Numbered from the whole stretch's first letter, positions 50,012-62,140 are shown. The stretch is DNA of 63,113 bases, filler included, from Octopus bimaculoides (GCF_001194135.2; 7 parts of 5 records of this genome joined end to end with filler, not necessarily neighbours in it), one strand, 5' to 3'. A program made the numbers and translations. The notes: a model not told the origin generated them from the letters alone.

Positions 50012-50197
50012 CTACGGATATTTGTCCTCATCTTGTTTGTTGTTAACACAACGTTTCGGCTGATATACCCTCCAGCCTTCTTCAGGTGTCTTGGGGAAAT
50101 TTCGAACCTGGGTTCTCATTCCTAAGGTATATCCGTCGAATGTAAATAATGTAAATAATGTACATAATTCCTCATCTCTTAAATATAGAACTGAACT
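50012..50197. mobile_element. Short Penelope-like pLTR insertion with an internal inversion
   Basis: 50012-50125 reads on the minus strand and ends in ATATCCGT; 50127-50197 restarts at the duplicated ATATCCGT on the plus strand. Contains a hammerhead. Confidence 0.7.
50045..50090 (-). ncRNA. Minimal type I hammerhead ribozyme
   Basis: GACAC-CUGAAGA-A-GGCUG(GAGGGUAUAU)CAGCC-GAAA-CG-UU-GUGUU: helix I 5 bp (one G-U), helix II 5 bp, palindromic ACGU helix III, GUU site with predicted cleavage after 50050. Confidence 0.8.
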
Positions 50198-50208
50198 TTT
50201 AGTATTAC

Positions 50209-50370
50209 CTGGAGTTGTTGAGGGAATACATTTCTTTTCGGTACATTCCACTTTTCCTTTGGATTCACAACTGCAATTATTACATTTATCTACAGCTGTG
50301 AATATCTGCCCAAATACATACATTTGTCCATGGTAGTGGCATTTTACGGAAGTTTCATTCACCGGAGTTG
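50209..50370 (-). CDS. Exon 2 of a secreted Cys-module protein (VWC/pacifastin-like 6-Cys repeat 1)
   Basis: TTTTTCAG acceptor, CAG|GTAATAC donor, 162 nt, phase 1-1; ATPVNETSVKCHYHGQMYVFGQIFTAVDKCNNCSCESKGKVECTEKKCIPSTTP. Confidence 0.88.
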
Positions 50371-50551
50371 CTGAAAAATATTTTATACATATGAATTTAG
50401 ACACCTCCTCCACAGATTTTGATAAGCTAAACGCTCTGATGATCATATGTGATATTTTATCAATGAGAGCTGAATATATAAGAAACTATTTCTGAGATAA
50501 AGGCAAACGACAAACACAAAGTAAATTGGTGTCACTTTAGTTCCACATCAC

Positions 50552-50624
50552 CATGGCCATGTGGCAAAAGAAACAAAACATATAAACAGTTGATTTGAAG
50601 AAACGCTTGAAGAGCAAGATCCAT
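50552..50624 (-). CDS. Candidate exon 1 (signal peptide) of the Cys-module protein
   Basis: ATG at 50624; MDLALQAFLQINCLYVLFLLPHGH plus a phase-1 G|GTGATG donor; a 181-nt intron joins in frame to give ..PHGHA-TPVNET. The donor is weak. Confidence 0.6.
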
Positions 50625-50837
50625 AAGACATTGATGGCACAGGGATTCAGAGTAAAGATCAATTAATTGCATTAATATTCAAATAATCATTTCTCGGGGT
50701 TTCAAATCTCATTACCTTCCGAAATTATTTCTTTCTTTCAGCAATATCATTATGTTACAGTTTATTTCGAATTTATTCTAAAAATAAGACTGTTAAACTG
50801 AAACTGGTTAGCACTAAAATATTGTATAACTAGCCTG

Positions 50838-51022
50838 AAAGGGGAAGGGGACTAGTCGATTACATCGACTCCAGTGCCCAACTGGGACTTATTTTATCGA
50901 CCCTGAAAGGATGAAAGGCAAAGTCAACTACAGCGGAATTTAAACACATACACAGAACGTGAAAACGGACGAAATGCGGCTAAGCACTTTGTCCGGCGTG
51001 TTAACGATTCTGCCAGCTCACT
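50838..51022 (-). mobile_element. OR-type SINE
   Basis: GTCGATTACATCGAC..TGAAAGGATGAAAGGCAAAGTCAAC..AACGATTCTGCCAGCTCAC. Confidence 0.85.
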
Positions 51023-51434
51023 CTCTCCCACTGCACGTAATAATGTAATTCATTAACAGTTTTACTTCCACAGCATTGAGTAATTACCATGTTTGAGATT
51101 GACTTGACACCCACAACGAGGTGTCGAATTCAATGAATTATATTAACCGAAATCATAGGTGTATGAATTTGAAAGTTTACTTCTGTTCCATTTTTTAAAA
51201 TTAAGATTTCAAAACATAGTTTCGCAAATAGATCCACCACACTTCCAATTGTAATATTATTCTCCAAAATTGGATATCACATAATGTAAATGACGTAAAT
51301 GTATAATGTAAAGGACGTAAAACAAGATAATATAGTTGATTCTAAAGTTGTCGACACAGCATTGTAATGAAGTTTATATTTATGAAAAATCTGAAAGAAG
51401 AAACATGCAGGATCATTCTGTATTTTGTTTGGGT

Positions 51435-51600
51435 TGCTGCTAAAAACATTTCTTTATTACCTGTGAAAAGCTATACATAGAAGGGACGGACAAGGATATT
51501 TACAACATATAGACGGTTGTTACAATCATATATTAAAAATTATATATAATGATATAATGAAATCGGAATGATAAAATCGAATGGTAACTATTTATTTATA
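51435..51600 (-). mobile_element. Degenerate 3' UTR related to the Tx1-like/SINE tail at 41.2 kb
   Basis: ATTTCTTTATTACC....AAGCTATACATAGAAGGGAC resembles 41183-41220. Confidence 0.5.
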
Positions 51601-51604
51601 TATC

Positions 51605-54600
51605 CTCATTGATATCGCTATCTGGCCTGATTCCACCCAACACTACCGTGGCAAGCCAGGATTCACTATCGCAACAACAACAGCCTGCTGCTGCTACTAC
51701 ATTGGAAGCACCTTGTTTGGCACCACTATCTGACCTGATTCCACCCAGCCCTAAAGTTGCAAGTCAAGTTCCACTGCCGCTACAGCAACAACAACAACAA
51801 CAACAGTCTGCTACTGCTACTACAATAGGACCATTGACCAATGATCCTGCCAATATAGAAAAACCTCAACTATGCCCACGTCAAAAACCCTGTCGTTACT
51901 ATTCTCAAGGTAGCTGTAGATTTGGCCCCAGCGGCATTAACAACAAGGGACGCTGTGCTTTTTTCCATCCTACCTTATGGCGTAACTTGTTAAGGGCACC
52001 TGTCCATATGGTGTAATGGGAAAAAAATGCCCTCACCTCCACCCCAAATACTGTCCTAAATACAGAGTCCATGGCCCTGATCCTAAATATGGATGCACAA
52101 AAGGCAATGTATGCACCTTCTTCCATCCTAAACTGTGCCAAACTTCTGTGTCACTAAAGATGTGCTTGAACCCAGAATGCAACCACCATCATCTGGAGGG
52201 CACAAAACGATCGAAAAATATGAACAGCAACAGAGGAGACCTACGACAACAACAAAAACAAAATACAACCACATTTCACTTCCTACAACTAAACAACGAA
52301 TACAGAACTATGGAAAAACCATGACACCAAATAACATAAACATGAACTATGTATCATCTGATCAAATAGCAAACCAAAGGGGCAACTCTTTTTTACTAAC
52401 TTATCTAGAAAATATGAAGGCCGACCTAAGCCAGGAGATCCAACGAGCTATCAGCAACCATTTATGCAAAACGTAAGGAACACACACCCACCACCAACTA
52501 GAAAATTACACGCACACAGCTCTATACAAAACTCCCCTCACTGCTACCTCTGAACAACATAAAACATAACACTTAGCTCTTAGAACAATGCAAAAATCAA
52601 CCTACTCTTTCTCGACATTCCTATTAAATGTACGTGGCATCAACCCATCGCTCATTGCCCCAAAATGGAAGATCCCATACATAGAGAGTTGGCTTGCCGA
52701 AACGGCACATTGCTTCCTTTTCTTTATCCTTACTGAAACTCACCTAAACAACACACATATGGATGCCGAGGTGAAAATAAAATATTTCACCATCATCCGT
52801 GCAGATCGCACAGACCGAAATAAAGTGGGGACAGCCATCTTTCTCCATGACTCCTTTTCAGTTGATGCCAAGGATATATTTCCCAATGGCTATTGTGAAT
52901 CTATATTACTATTCAACAAAGCCAAAGACATAATCATTGTTGGTCTTTACAGGCCTCCCGAAGCACCTCTAAAGTGCTTTGAAGAGTGCCTCAGCAAAAT
53001 CAAGTCCTTCCTTCAAAAATACAATTCCGGAAATATAGTAGTGATTTAAACCTCCCTCATATAAACTGGCCCACAAATACTCTGAAGTTAGGCAAATACT
53101 CTACATCAGACAAAGCAGCAGCAGAATTACTCTTTAATCTAATGGATAAATTTTTCCTGATTCAGCTAGTGCTCGAACCAACAAGACAGAATAAAACGAT
53201 CTTGGATCTAATATTAACCAACCACTCTAGCTCCGTTCACAGTATTTCAGTTGAAAGAAACTCTCCTCTCAGACCACGATATGATACTCTGCAATTTTAA
53301 TTCCCGGTTTATCAAAACCAAACCAGCCAATTCCACCCCACTGCACTTATTTGACAACATAAACTTCCACAAAGCGGACTGGGGAGCAATTAGAAAGGAT
53401 CTGTCCGCCAGGGACTGGTCCTTCACTCTCAGTTCTACTCACATTGAGATTGCATGGCAACACTTTGAGAACATTGTCACCTATACATGCTCAAAACACG
53501 CTACTACGAAATCCACTAACACAAACAAAAACTGGCTCCCCAGAAAGATAAGAAACACTCATCAGGCGCATCAAAAGACTCAATAAAAAAATCAACCAAT
53601 CAAAATACTCCCACATACAACATCCACATTCAACAACAATGAAAACGCTGGAGTTGGAAAAACTTCATCTGCAGACCGACATGAAACCTCCATTGAAAAT
53701 CAAAGAGCTGCAGAGGAACAGTGGGTAATCAAAAAAATCAAACAGAACCCAAAAGTGTTCTATTTTATGCAAATAAGCAGAGAACCGCTGTCTCACCAAC
53801 TGGGCTACTGATCGATGATAACGGCATTCCCCAACACGATGCTAAAGAAATGGCAGAAATACTGCAGAAACAATACTGCTCTGTCTTTAGTGATCCTACT
53901 GATATTGACGTAAGAGTAGCGAACGAAGTTGATTCCCAACATAAAATCTCGGACATAACCTTCACTGCCTCAGACATCATAGCAGCAATAAATGAGGTCA
54001 AATACTATTCTGCTGTAGGCCCTAATAGATTCCCCGCTAGTCCCTCTGACCAACCTCTGGAGAAATACTTTAAACTCAGGTTATATACCGAAACAGCTCC
54101 TATCACAGTCTGTCATCCCGGTTTTCAAAAAATGGAAACAAATCCTTCGCAGTCAACTATCGCCCAATCTCACTCACCTCCCACATCATTGAAGTGTTTG
54201 AAAGAGTGGTAAGATCAAGGATAGCTGGCTTCCTCGAGATCCACAAACTCCTAAATGCAAATCAGCATGGCTTTCGCTGTTTGAGGGACTGTCTAACACT
54301 GCTCTTACATCACATTGAGGATATACTTAAAGCCTTGAGAACAGGTTCGAACTCTGATGTCATATATCTTGACTTTAGTAAAGAGTTCGACAGGGTTGAC
54401 CATAATATCTTACTCTCAAAATTGGCAAATGTTGGAATCCGTGAAAACTTCTACACTGAATTGACTATTTCCTGGCGAAGAGAACATAACATGTTGTAGT
54501 CGATGGAGTCCACTCAAGCCCAGCAAAAGTCACTAGTGGTGTCCCTCATGGGGACTGTCTTGGACCCGCTCCTCTTTATAATCTACATAAACGACCTTTC

Positions 54601-55580
54601 CAGCGTCGTAAAACACTGCAAAGTGAAAAGATTTGATGATGACACTAAGCTCTAGCAAATCATCAATGAAGAAGAAGACTGAACTCAACTCCAATCTGAT
54701 CTATATGCGGTGAATCAATGGGCAAACAAAAAGAAAATGAAACAAAACGAGGGAAAATTTGAGCTGATGCATTTTGGAAGAAAGACTATACTAAAACAGT
54801 CATACTCTCTTAATTAAGGGGAACCGCTCACAACATCTAATGATATCAGAGACCTAGGAGTAATTGTTGATAACAATCTCAGTTGGAGTTCCCACATCAA
54901 TAATAAGGTCGATATAGCTTGTAGGATGAGCTCCTAGATCTTAAGAACCTTCCGGTCCAGAGAACAACGTGTCATCATTCCACTTTTCTCCTTTGTACCG
55001 CCACACCTCGAATACTGCTGCCCCCTGTGGTCTCCCCATACAAAACAAAACATCTCGAAAATTGAATCACCACAGAGGGCATTCACTAAACGAATTAAGA
55101 GTATGACTGATCTCGATTACTGGGACCGCATTAAAACCTTGAAACTCTACTCTCTCCAGCGCCGCTGCGAGCGGTACATCATTTGCACGATGTGGAGAAT
55201 ATACCGCCAGCATTGCCCAAACGACCTGAACATTAGCCTCAAGGTTCATCCAAGGCTGTGACCACGAACCATACGTCCCCTGCCCAATTCAGGATCACAA
55301 CATATTGGTACACTTCGACACTTTCTTTTTCTCAACAGGCCCTGCCCTGTTTAACATTGTCCCTAACTGATCAAAGAAGAAAAGGATCCCATCACCTTTA
55401 AACAGAGTCTGGACAAATTTCTTCCAGGAATACCAGATAAAGCACCTATACCTGGATAAAACTCACTCAACAAGAACTCACAACTTGAATGGACCATGTT
55501 ACTACAAACCTTGACTTAGAAAGGATTTAGATAATCCTATCAGGTGGTGCTATTAAGTTAGACATGGCATGGACCAATCT
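51605..55580 (+). mobile_element. Near-complete degenerate CR1-group LINE: ORF1 with tandem CCCH zinc fingers, ORF2 APE plus RT
   Basis: ORF1 CRYYSQGSCRFG..CAFFHP / KCPHLHPKYC..GCTKG..CTFFHPKLC..C.NPECNHHH. ORF2 LLNVRGI..ILTETHL..RADR, D.NLPHINW, NYRPISLTSHII.VFERVV, NQHGFR, YLDFSK.FDRVDH, GVPHG..LGPLLF..YINDL, FDDDTKL. Many stops and frameshifts. Confidence 0.92.
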
Positions 55581-55859
55581 TNNNNNNNNNNTACCTAATT
55601 ATTATTACACTAGTGTTATACCAAGTGTAATAAGTGGGTGCGGGTAAAAGGGGGTTATTTTATCCTAAAGTTATATAGCAATAAGAAAATGGAGGAGAAT
55701 ATGCGGTATCCATCGACTTGCAGTCAGTGTATTCTATTGAATTAATTAATTTATTTTGTAGCTAAAATGACAAAAACCACAATATATAGATGTTTATGAC
55801 ATACCATGTCATATTAACAATCAAGGTTACAAATATAAAGTACATTTAGCAATTGGAGA

Positions 55860-57280
55860 ATATACAGAAACTTACAGCTGTTTCGGCCTAGCGTTGGCAT
55901 GCCCCATTCTATCCCTATAGCTCCTGCGTGCCGGAGTAATTAGCAGATGAAATGCTGAAATGGGGGTACATGCATGATTCGCTAGGCCTCTTCAGAGATA
56001 CACAAAAATTCAACACAAATATAAAGTAAAAATAAAAATAAAATAAAAATAAAAATAGAAATAAAAATAAGAATACAGTAAAGATAAAAATAAAAATAAA
56101 TGAAAAATGAAAATATAAAAATATAAGGCACATAAAAAGCCTACAAACAGTATATAAGACCATACAAATAGTTTTAGACACTCCAACACACATGTCTGTG
56201 CCTGTGTACATAACCATACTTAGATATCTATGGATTCAAAAGCATATATAGATGAGTACAAATGTGTGTCCTGAAAAATGGAGCTCATGGAGCTCTAAAA
56301 TGTGGGAATGAAGGCCCCTATTGGAGGTGGGTGTGTTAATGTCAACCAGAGAAGTTGAATTGTTGGGAATGTTTTTAACTTGGGTCTTATAGTATGCCTG
56401 TATATATGTGAGAGTATAGTTTCACTTTAATAGTTTCAGTATAAAATTGAAAGTATCAAAGTGAAAGTATTTGAAATTACAGTAGCGACATGTTATTGTT
56501 TCACTTTTGACACGTAATACTGAAATAGTGGAATAGTTTCAGTGTTAAAGTGAAAGTATCTGACATTACAGTAGTGATGTTATTGTTTCACTTTTGACAG
56601 GTAATACTGGAATAGTGGAGGAGATATGATATTGTGGGCTCGAACTATGCAAGAAGTTAAAAATTGCTTTCGCCTAAGACACTACATGGACCCTAAGTAA
56701 GACTTGTGTTAATTTGGAATGAAATTGGTTGTGTAGTTCTCGAGTTTTAGGGATTCACACAGACACACATTGTCATCTTTATATATCTAATATTTATGCG
56801 CATATTCGAAAATTGTAGTGTTATGGACCCTGTAAAAAGGATTTTGCTCCTGAAAAATAGAGCTCTTGGAGCTGAAAAATGTGGGAGTTAAAGCCCCAAT
56901 TGGGGCTGGGTGTGTTAATGTAAAGCAGAGAAGTTGAATTGTTGGGAATGTTTTTAACTTGGGTCTAATATGTATTGTTTGAATTTCTTTCAAATTGGAA
57001 ATATATGTATGTTCACTGGGTTTGTAAAAGACAGTAAAGCTACAGGAAACCAAAAAACGAATGATCACGATAATCAGTCGGCTACCCTAGCGTAGTCGTT
57101 ACTACTCCCCAATGTAGGATTCCTCACCATACAGGTGACAGGCACAGCTGTAAGATGCATTACGGATGTATAGCAATTGGAAGGGCATGACCCAATTGAA
57201 ATAACAACGTGTGACGTTTGGAGTAAAGGGAAATGAAAGTGTCACCTCTGGAGTTTGCAAATGACCACTATACCGATAGG
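55860..57280 (-). mobile_element. Degenerate Penelope-like 3' end with internal direct repeats
   Basis: Minus remnants CHLYGEESYIGE..RLR (GIY-YIG) and FYK.SEHT..KE....IRPKL; ~120-bp direct repeats at ~56268 and ~56849; terminates in a hammerhead. Confidence 0.6.
55866..56001 (-). ncRNA. Type I hammerhead ribozyme with an extended helix II
   Basis: UCU-CUGAAGA-GGCCUAGCG-[86 nt structured]-CGCUAGGCC-GAAA-CAGCUG-UA-AGU: perfect 9-bp helix II base, palindromic ACAGCUGU helix III, GUA site (predicted cleavage after 55873). Helix I is weak in this copy. Confidence 0.72.
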
Positions 57281-57381
57281 TNNNNNNNNNNNNNNNNNNN
57301 NNNNNNNNNNNNNNNNNNNNNNNNNTTAATTAATTAANNNNNNNNNNNNNNNNNNNNNNNNNNNNNNNNNNNNNNNNNNNN

Positions 57382-57558
57382 AAGCAAACACATAATTTTC
57401 TTATGGTTTCTTAAACATTCACTTGAACAAAATTGTACAAATCCAAATATATGGTATCCTAGGCATAACACCTACATGAACTTCTTACTTGTCTCTTGAG
57501 GTCTCTGGGTGAGACTTGGATCCAACTTGTACAAATGCAAAACAAAAGTCAAACATAA
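57382..57558 (+). mobile_element. R4/Dong-like 3' UTR (family 2, copy C) followed by (AAT)n/(AAC)n
   Basis: Reverse complement of 3186-3370. Confidence 0.88.
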
Positions 57559-57632
<74 letters not shown>

Positions 57633-57648
57633 TAACAATAACAATAAC

Positions 57649-57695
<47 letters not shown>

Positions 57696-58304
57696 CAACA
57701 ACAACAACAACAACAACAGTAGCAGCAGCGACAACAACAACAATAATAGTTCACCGTCATTAATTTCCCGTTTTTTGTGGGTGGGGTGGTTGTCAATAAA
57801 ATAGTTGTTAACTATAAATGGTGAGCTACTATGGATATATTTTCTCGGCAAACTTTCATAACAGTGAACCTTCTTCACGATGAATTGAAAGATTGGTGAC
57901 GTGTGCAGAACTAACACATTAAAGAGCGCACTAGGTTACAATTTTCGTTGGCAGCCTATGATCCAAACCGTGCAGATCTGCTGTGCTAACTTAACAGTAA
58001 TCTCAGAGGTCATGACCGGAAAGTCAGAAATGTCTTTGACAAGGAAGCACAAGGAGACGGCAATCATCTGTGAAGATGGAACAATTACCATGTATGTATG
58101 TATGTATGTATGTATGTATGTATGTATAAACATATGTATGTATGTATGTGTCTATGTGTGCATTATGTATGTATGTATGTACGTGTGTGTATGTATATAT
58201 GTGTGTGTATGTATGTATGTGTGCATGTATGTATAGTGCTATACTTGTGAATGACATAAATCCAAGAGAGTTTAGTGTATGACATTCAAATTTAGATTAC
58301 ACTA

Positions 58305-58712
58305 GGCGCAGGCGTCTCTGTGTGGTAAGAAACTTGCTTTCCTACTACACGGTTCCGGATTTAATCTCACTGCGGAACACCTTGAGCAAGTGTCTTCTCC
58401 TCTAGCCTCGGGCCGATCAAAGTCTTGTGAGTGGATTTGGTAGACGGAAACTGAAAGAAGCGCTCTGTATATACATATGTGTGGGTGTGTCTGTGTGTAT
58501 GTATGTGTGTCTGTGTGTTTCTCCCCACTCCATCGCTTGACGGTATTGTTATATTTAAGTTTCTGTATCATAGTGGTTTCGCAAAGGAGACCGATACAAT
58601 AAGTGCCAGGCTTAAAAAAAGAACTGGGATCGATTCATATGCCTAAAAATTCTTCAAGGCAGTGCACCAGCATGGCCGCAGTCAAATTCTGAAACGAGTA
58701 AAATATAAAAGG
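58305..58712 (+). mobile_element. Full-length tRNA-derived SINE
   Basis: Same family as 23631-24032. Confidence 0.88.
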
Positions 58713-59719
58713 TGTTATAAGGTACTATAAAGGGTGTTAGGATTTGGCGTGCCCCGAATGGTACATTTGAAAGGCGGAACTTTATTTGTGTATCATGTCT
58801 CTCGTGTTGTTCTCATTCATGTCCCGCTTTTCGTGCTAGAGCAGCAAACTCAAGGAGCACGTCGTGTGGTTCGAAGTTTAGTTGCTCCATTGCTTTACAT
58901 GTCACTTACACTCACCAATTCTTTTAAGTACAACAAGGCAGAAATAAAGCATTTGCACAGCAGCCCTATCTGTGTTAACTAGCAGGTAAATATCCCTGCC
59001 AAAAAATAAATAGATATTCTGCAATCTTGAACACATTTGACAGAGTAGGCCTTAGTACACTGTCTGGGTATAAAAATAGACAAACAGAAAAAAAAACCAG
59101 TCGGTGCGATCAATAGTAGAAGGTCTTAAATTATAAGTTTGATTTACCAGAGATGACTTTGGGCTAAACTATAACAAGAACAATATGAAAGACTTAAGAC
59201 TTATCACCACAATCAAAGATGCTTCTATCGAGAGCGAGAGAGAGGCGAGTGAGTGAGTGAAAGAGAGATAAGTGGGAGAATATGAAGCATTTATTTATTA
59301 ACTTGGTAACTCCTTGACGTACATTTTTCTTCCAATATTTTCATTCCTTCAGTCATTCTTCAATTTATTTATTTCATTCTAAATGCATTTCCGTTTCCTC
59401 TATCTTTCATTCTTTTCTCTTTGCAATCTTTCTTCATTTTCTTTCTTTCATTCCTTTCCATATTACGTCGATCTCTTACTGCAATCTTTCTAATTTCCTT
59501 TCCTACAGTCGGCAGCCATTTTATTCTATTTTCTTTTTCGTTTTTCTGTTTGCGTTTTCTTCTCTTTTCTCTTCTTATTCTTTAACTTGCTTTCTTTCCC
59601 TACGTTTTTTTTTTAATTGTTTGTGTAAATGATTGTTTATTTGTTTCATAACTGTTACGTTTCATTTATCATTCTCAATATTTCTCTTCAGTTTTCTTAT
59701 CTCTTTTCATTTATGCTAC

Positions 59720-59809
59720 TATCATTGTTGCTGTTGTTGTCGCTGCTGCTACTGTTGTTGTTGTTTTTGTTGTTGTTTTTTCTTCTTATTATTATTGTTA
59801 TTATCATCA

Positions 59810-59873
<64 letters not shown>

Positions 59874-60011
59874 CATCCTCAGTATTATTATTATTATTAT
59901 CATCATCATCATCATTATTATTATCATTATTATTGCTATTATTATCATTATTATTATTATTATTATTATTGCAATTATTATTCAGATAACTACAACTACT
60001 ACTACTACTAC

Positions 60012-60092
<81 letters not shown>
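59720..60092. repeat. Compound trinucleotide array (GTT/ATT/CAT/ACT/AGT)
   Basis: Direct reading. Confidence 0.92.
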
Positions 60093-60093
<1 letters not shown>

Positions 60094-60599
60094 TGGTCTC
60101 CTTATGCTACATGTTATCTTAATATCGTAATAATAACTATAAATCTTCAGCCAATTTCTTCTTTATCAGCTTAATTCCATTCCTGATTCATCACATCACC
60201 TCTTCATTTTGTCCTTATCGTGTTTCTTAATGTATTTTTTCTTTCGTTTCTTTTTTCGTTTTATCCGTTTATTTTCTTCTTTTTTTCCCCATTATATTCT
60301 CTACAATCATATCAATCGTTTCTACACGCTCTTGACTTATAGTCCACACATACAAATGCACATCAAATATATATTCACTCACACACACGCACACACTCAC
60401 ACACACACAGGCGCACACACTCATGTTAAGCAAGTTATTAAACAAGATAATACGTTATTAAAATGCACAAACATGCTATGACCACAATGTCACACACCAA
60501 TATGCACTCAATCAGGCCCTCGCTTGCTTATTTGTAAAACGTATCCATCTACCTAAACGCACACATGTACAAAAACACATCTATCTATCTATCTATTTA

Positions 60600-60652
<53 letters not shown>

Positions 60653-60994
60653 TACACGCATATATATAATATATATATGTGCACATATATATGTGCATAC
60701 ATATATATATGTATACGTATGGATATGTACATATGTATATTTACATGTATATATATATATATATGTACTTATATATGCATATATATATGTATATATATAT
60801 ATATATGTATATCTCCATACGTATATATACATATGTACATGTACATATATATATAAATGTACTTATATGTATATACATACGTATACATATATGTATATGT
60901 CAACATGTATACATATATATGTATTTATATTTGTGTATGTATGTATATGTATATGTCTATATCTGTTGATTCACAGATACCATACATACATCGC

Positions 60995-61074
<80 letters not shown>

Positions 61075-61077
<3 letters not shown>

Positions 61078-61258
61078 TTTTATTTGTAAGCCTAATACTT
61101 ATTCTATCGGTCTCTTTTGCCGCACCGCTAAGTTACGAGGACATAAACACACTAACATCGGTTGTCAAGCGATGGTAGGGGGACAAATACAGACTCACAA
61201 ACGCATACACACACGCACATATAAATATATACGACGGACTTCTTTCAGTTTTCGTCTG
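61075..61258 (-). mobile_element. SINE 3' half (same family as 20868-21318)
   Basis: TACTTATTCTATCGGTCTCTTTTGCCG.ACCGCTAAGTTACG..GGTTGTCAAGCGATGG. Confidence 0.85.
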
Positions 61259-61971
61259 CTATATCGACTACCGAGGGAAGATAAAAGCTAAATTTGGCCA
61301 TGCGGGATTTGAACTCAACATAAATATTTGGAAGATATACTGTTAGATAATTTTTCCAAGAACTCATCTGAAACACAGGTTTAAATAGTGAAACACGTCT
61401 CTGAGAATGTAATTTTGCCCCGACATTTGAGGCGGAGAAATACAAGAATGACATTGGAAAATATGTGGATTCAGAATTGCGAATCACTATTGTATCGCAG
61501 TGTGACAGAGTATTTAGTGCAGAAGTGACGAGAAATGACATGCAGTAGTCGAAAGGGATTAGAATTTGTGTGTACTAACGACCCAAGTCCATTGTAGATC
61601 TACATCTGGTAGACAGCACTAGTACAAAATCGATGCAGCTGGGCATAGAACTCTTTCATTATACATGTTATAATAAAACGAATGGGAGCCTTTTGCCTTG
61701 AAGAACTAGGAATGTTAGAAAAGTGGAGAACAGGCAATGCAGGGCTTATCTTCTGGAGTATCATCTCTAACAGTTCTGAAAATACCGGTCATGGAAATAA
61801 GCGAGTAAGCACCTCGTTCTCAGACTGAAGTAACAAGAGTTACACTCCATCATCTTGTGACTAAAGAAAGATGATAGTTGCAATGAAAATTTGCAAACCA
61901 AAATAGGACAGAAAGATAAATGGGAAAGATTTCACAAAAGAAAGGTTGTCCCAACAGAATTATTATTTTTA

Positions 61972-62140
61972 ATGGTGGTGAGCTACCAAAACCGTTAGAA
62001 CGCCGAAAAAAGTGTCATGCAGTGCATATTCCCACTCTTTAAGTTCTGAGTTCATAACCCGCTAGAATCAACTTTAGCTTTCTTCTCTCTGGAGTCGATA
62101 GAGTAAATTACCAGTCAAGTAATGGCATCGATGTAATCGA
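61972..62140 (+). mobile_element. Degenerate OR-type SINE
   Basis: GGTGGTGAGCT..AACCGTTAG, GTTCTGAGTTCATAACCC and TCGATGTAATCGA. Confidence 0.65.

Noticed and set aside
59629-60174. Hydrophobic 181-aa ORF resembling a membrane protein
   Set aside because: Poly-Leu/Ile/Thr/Ser from compound trinucleotide repeats.
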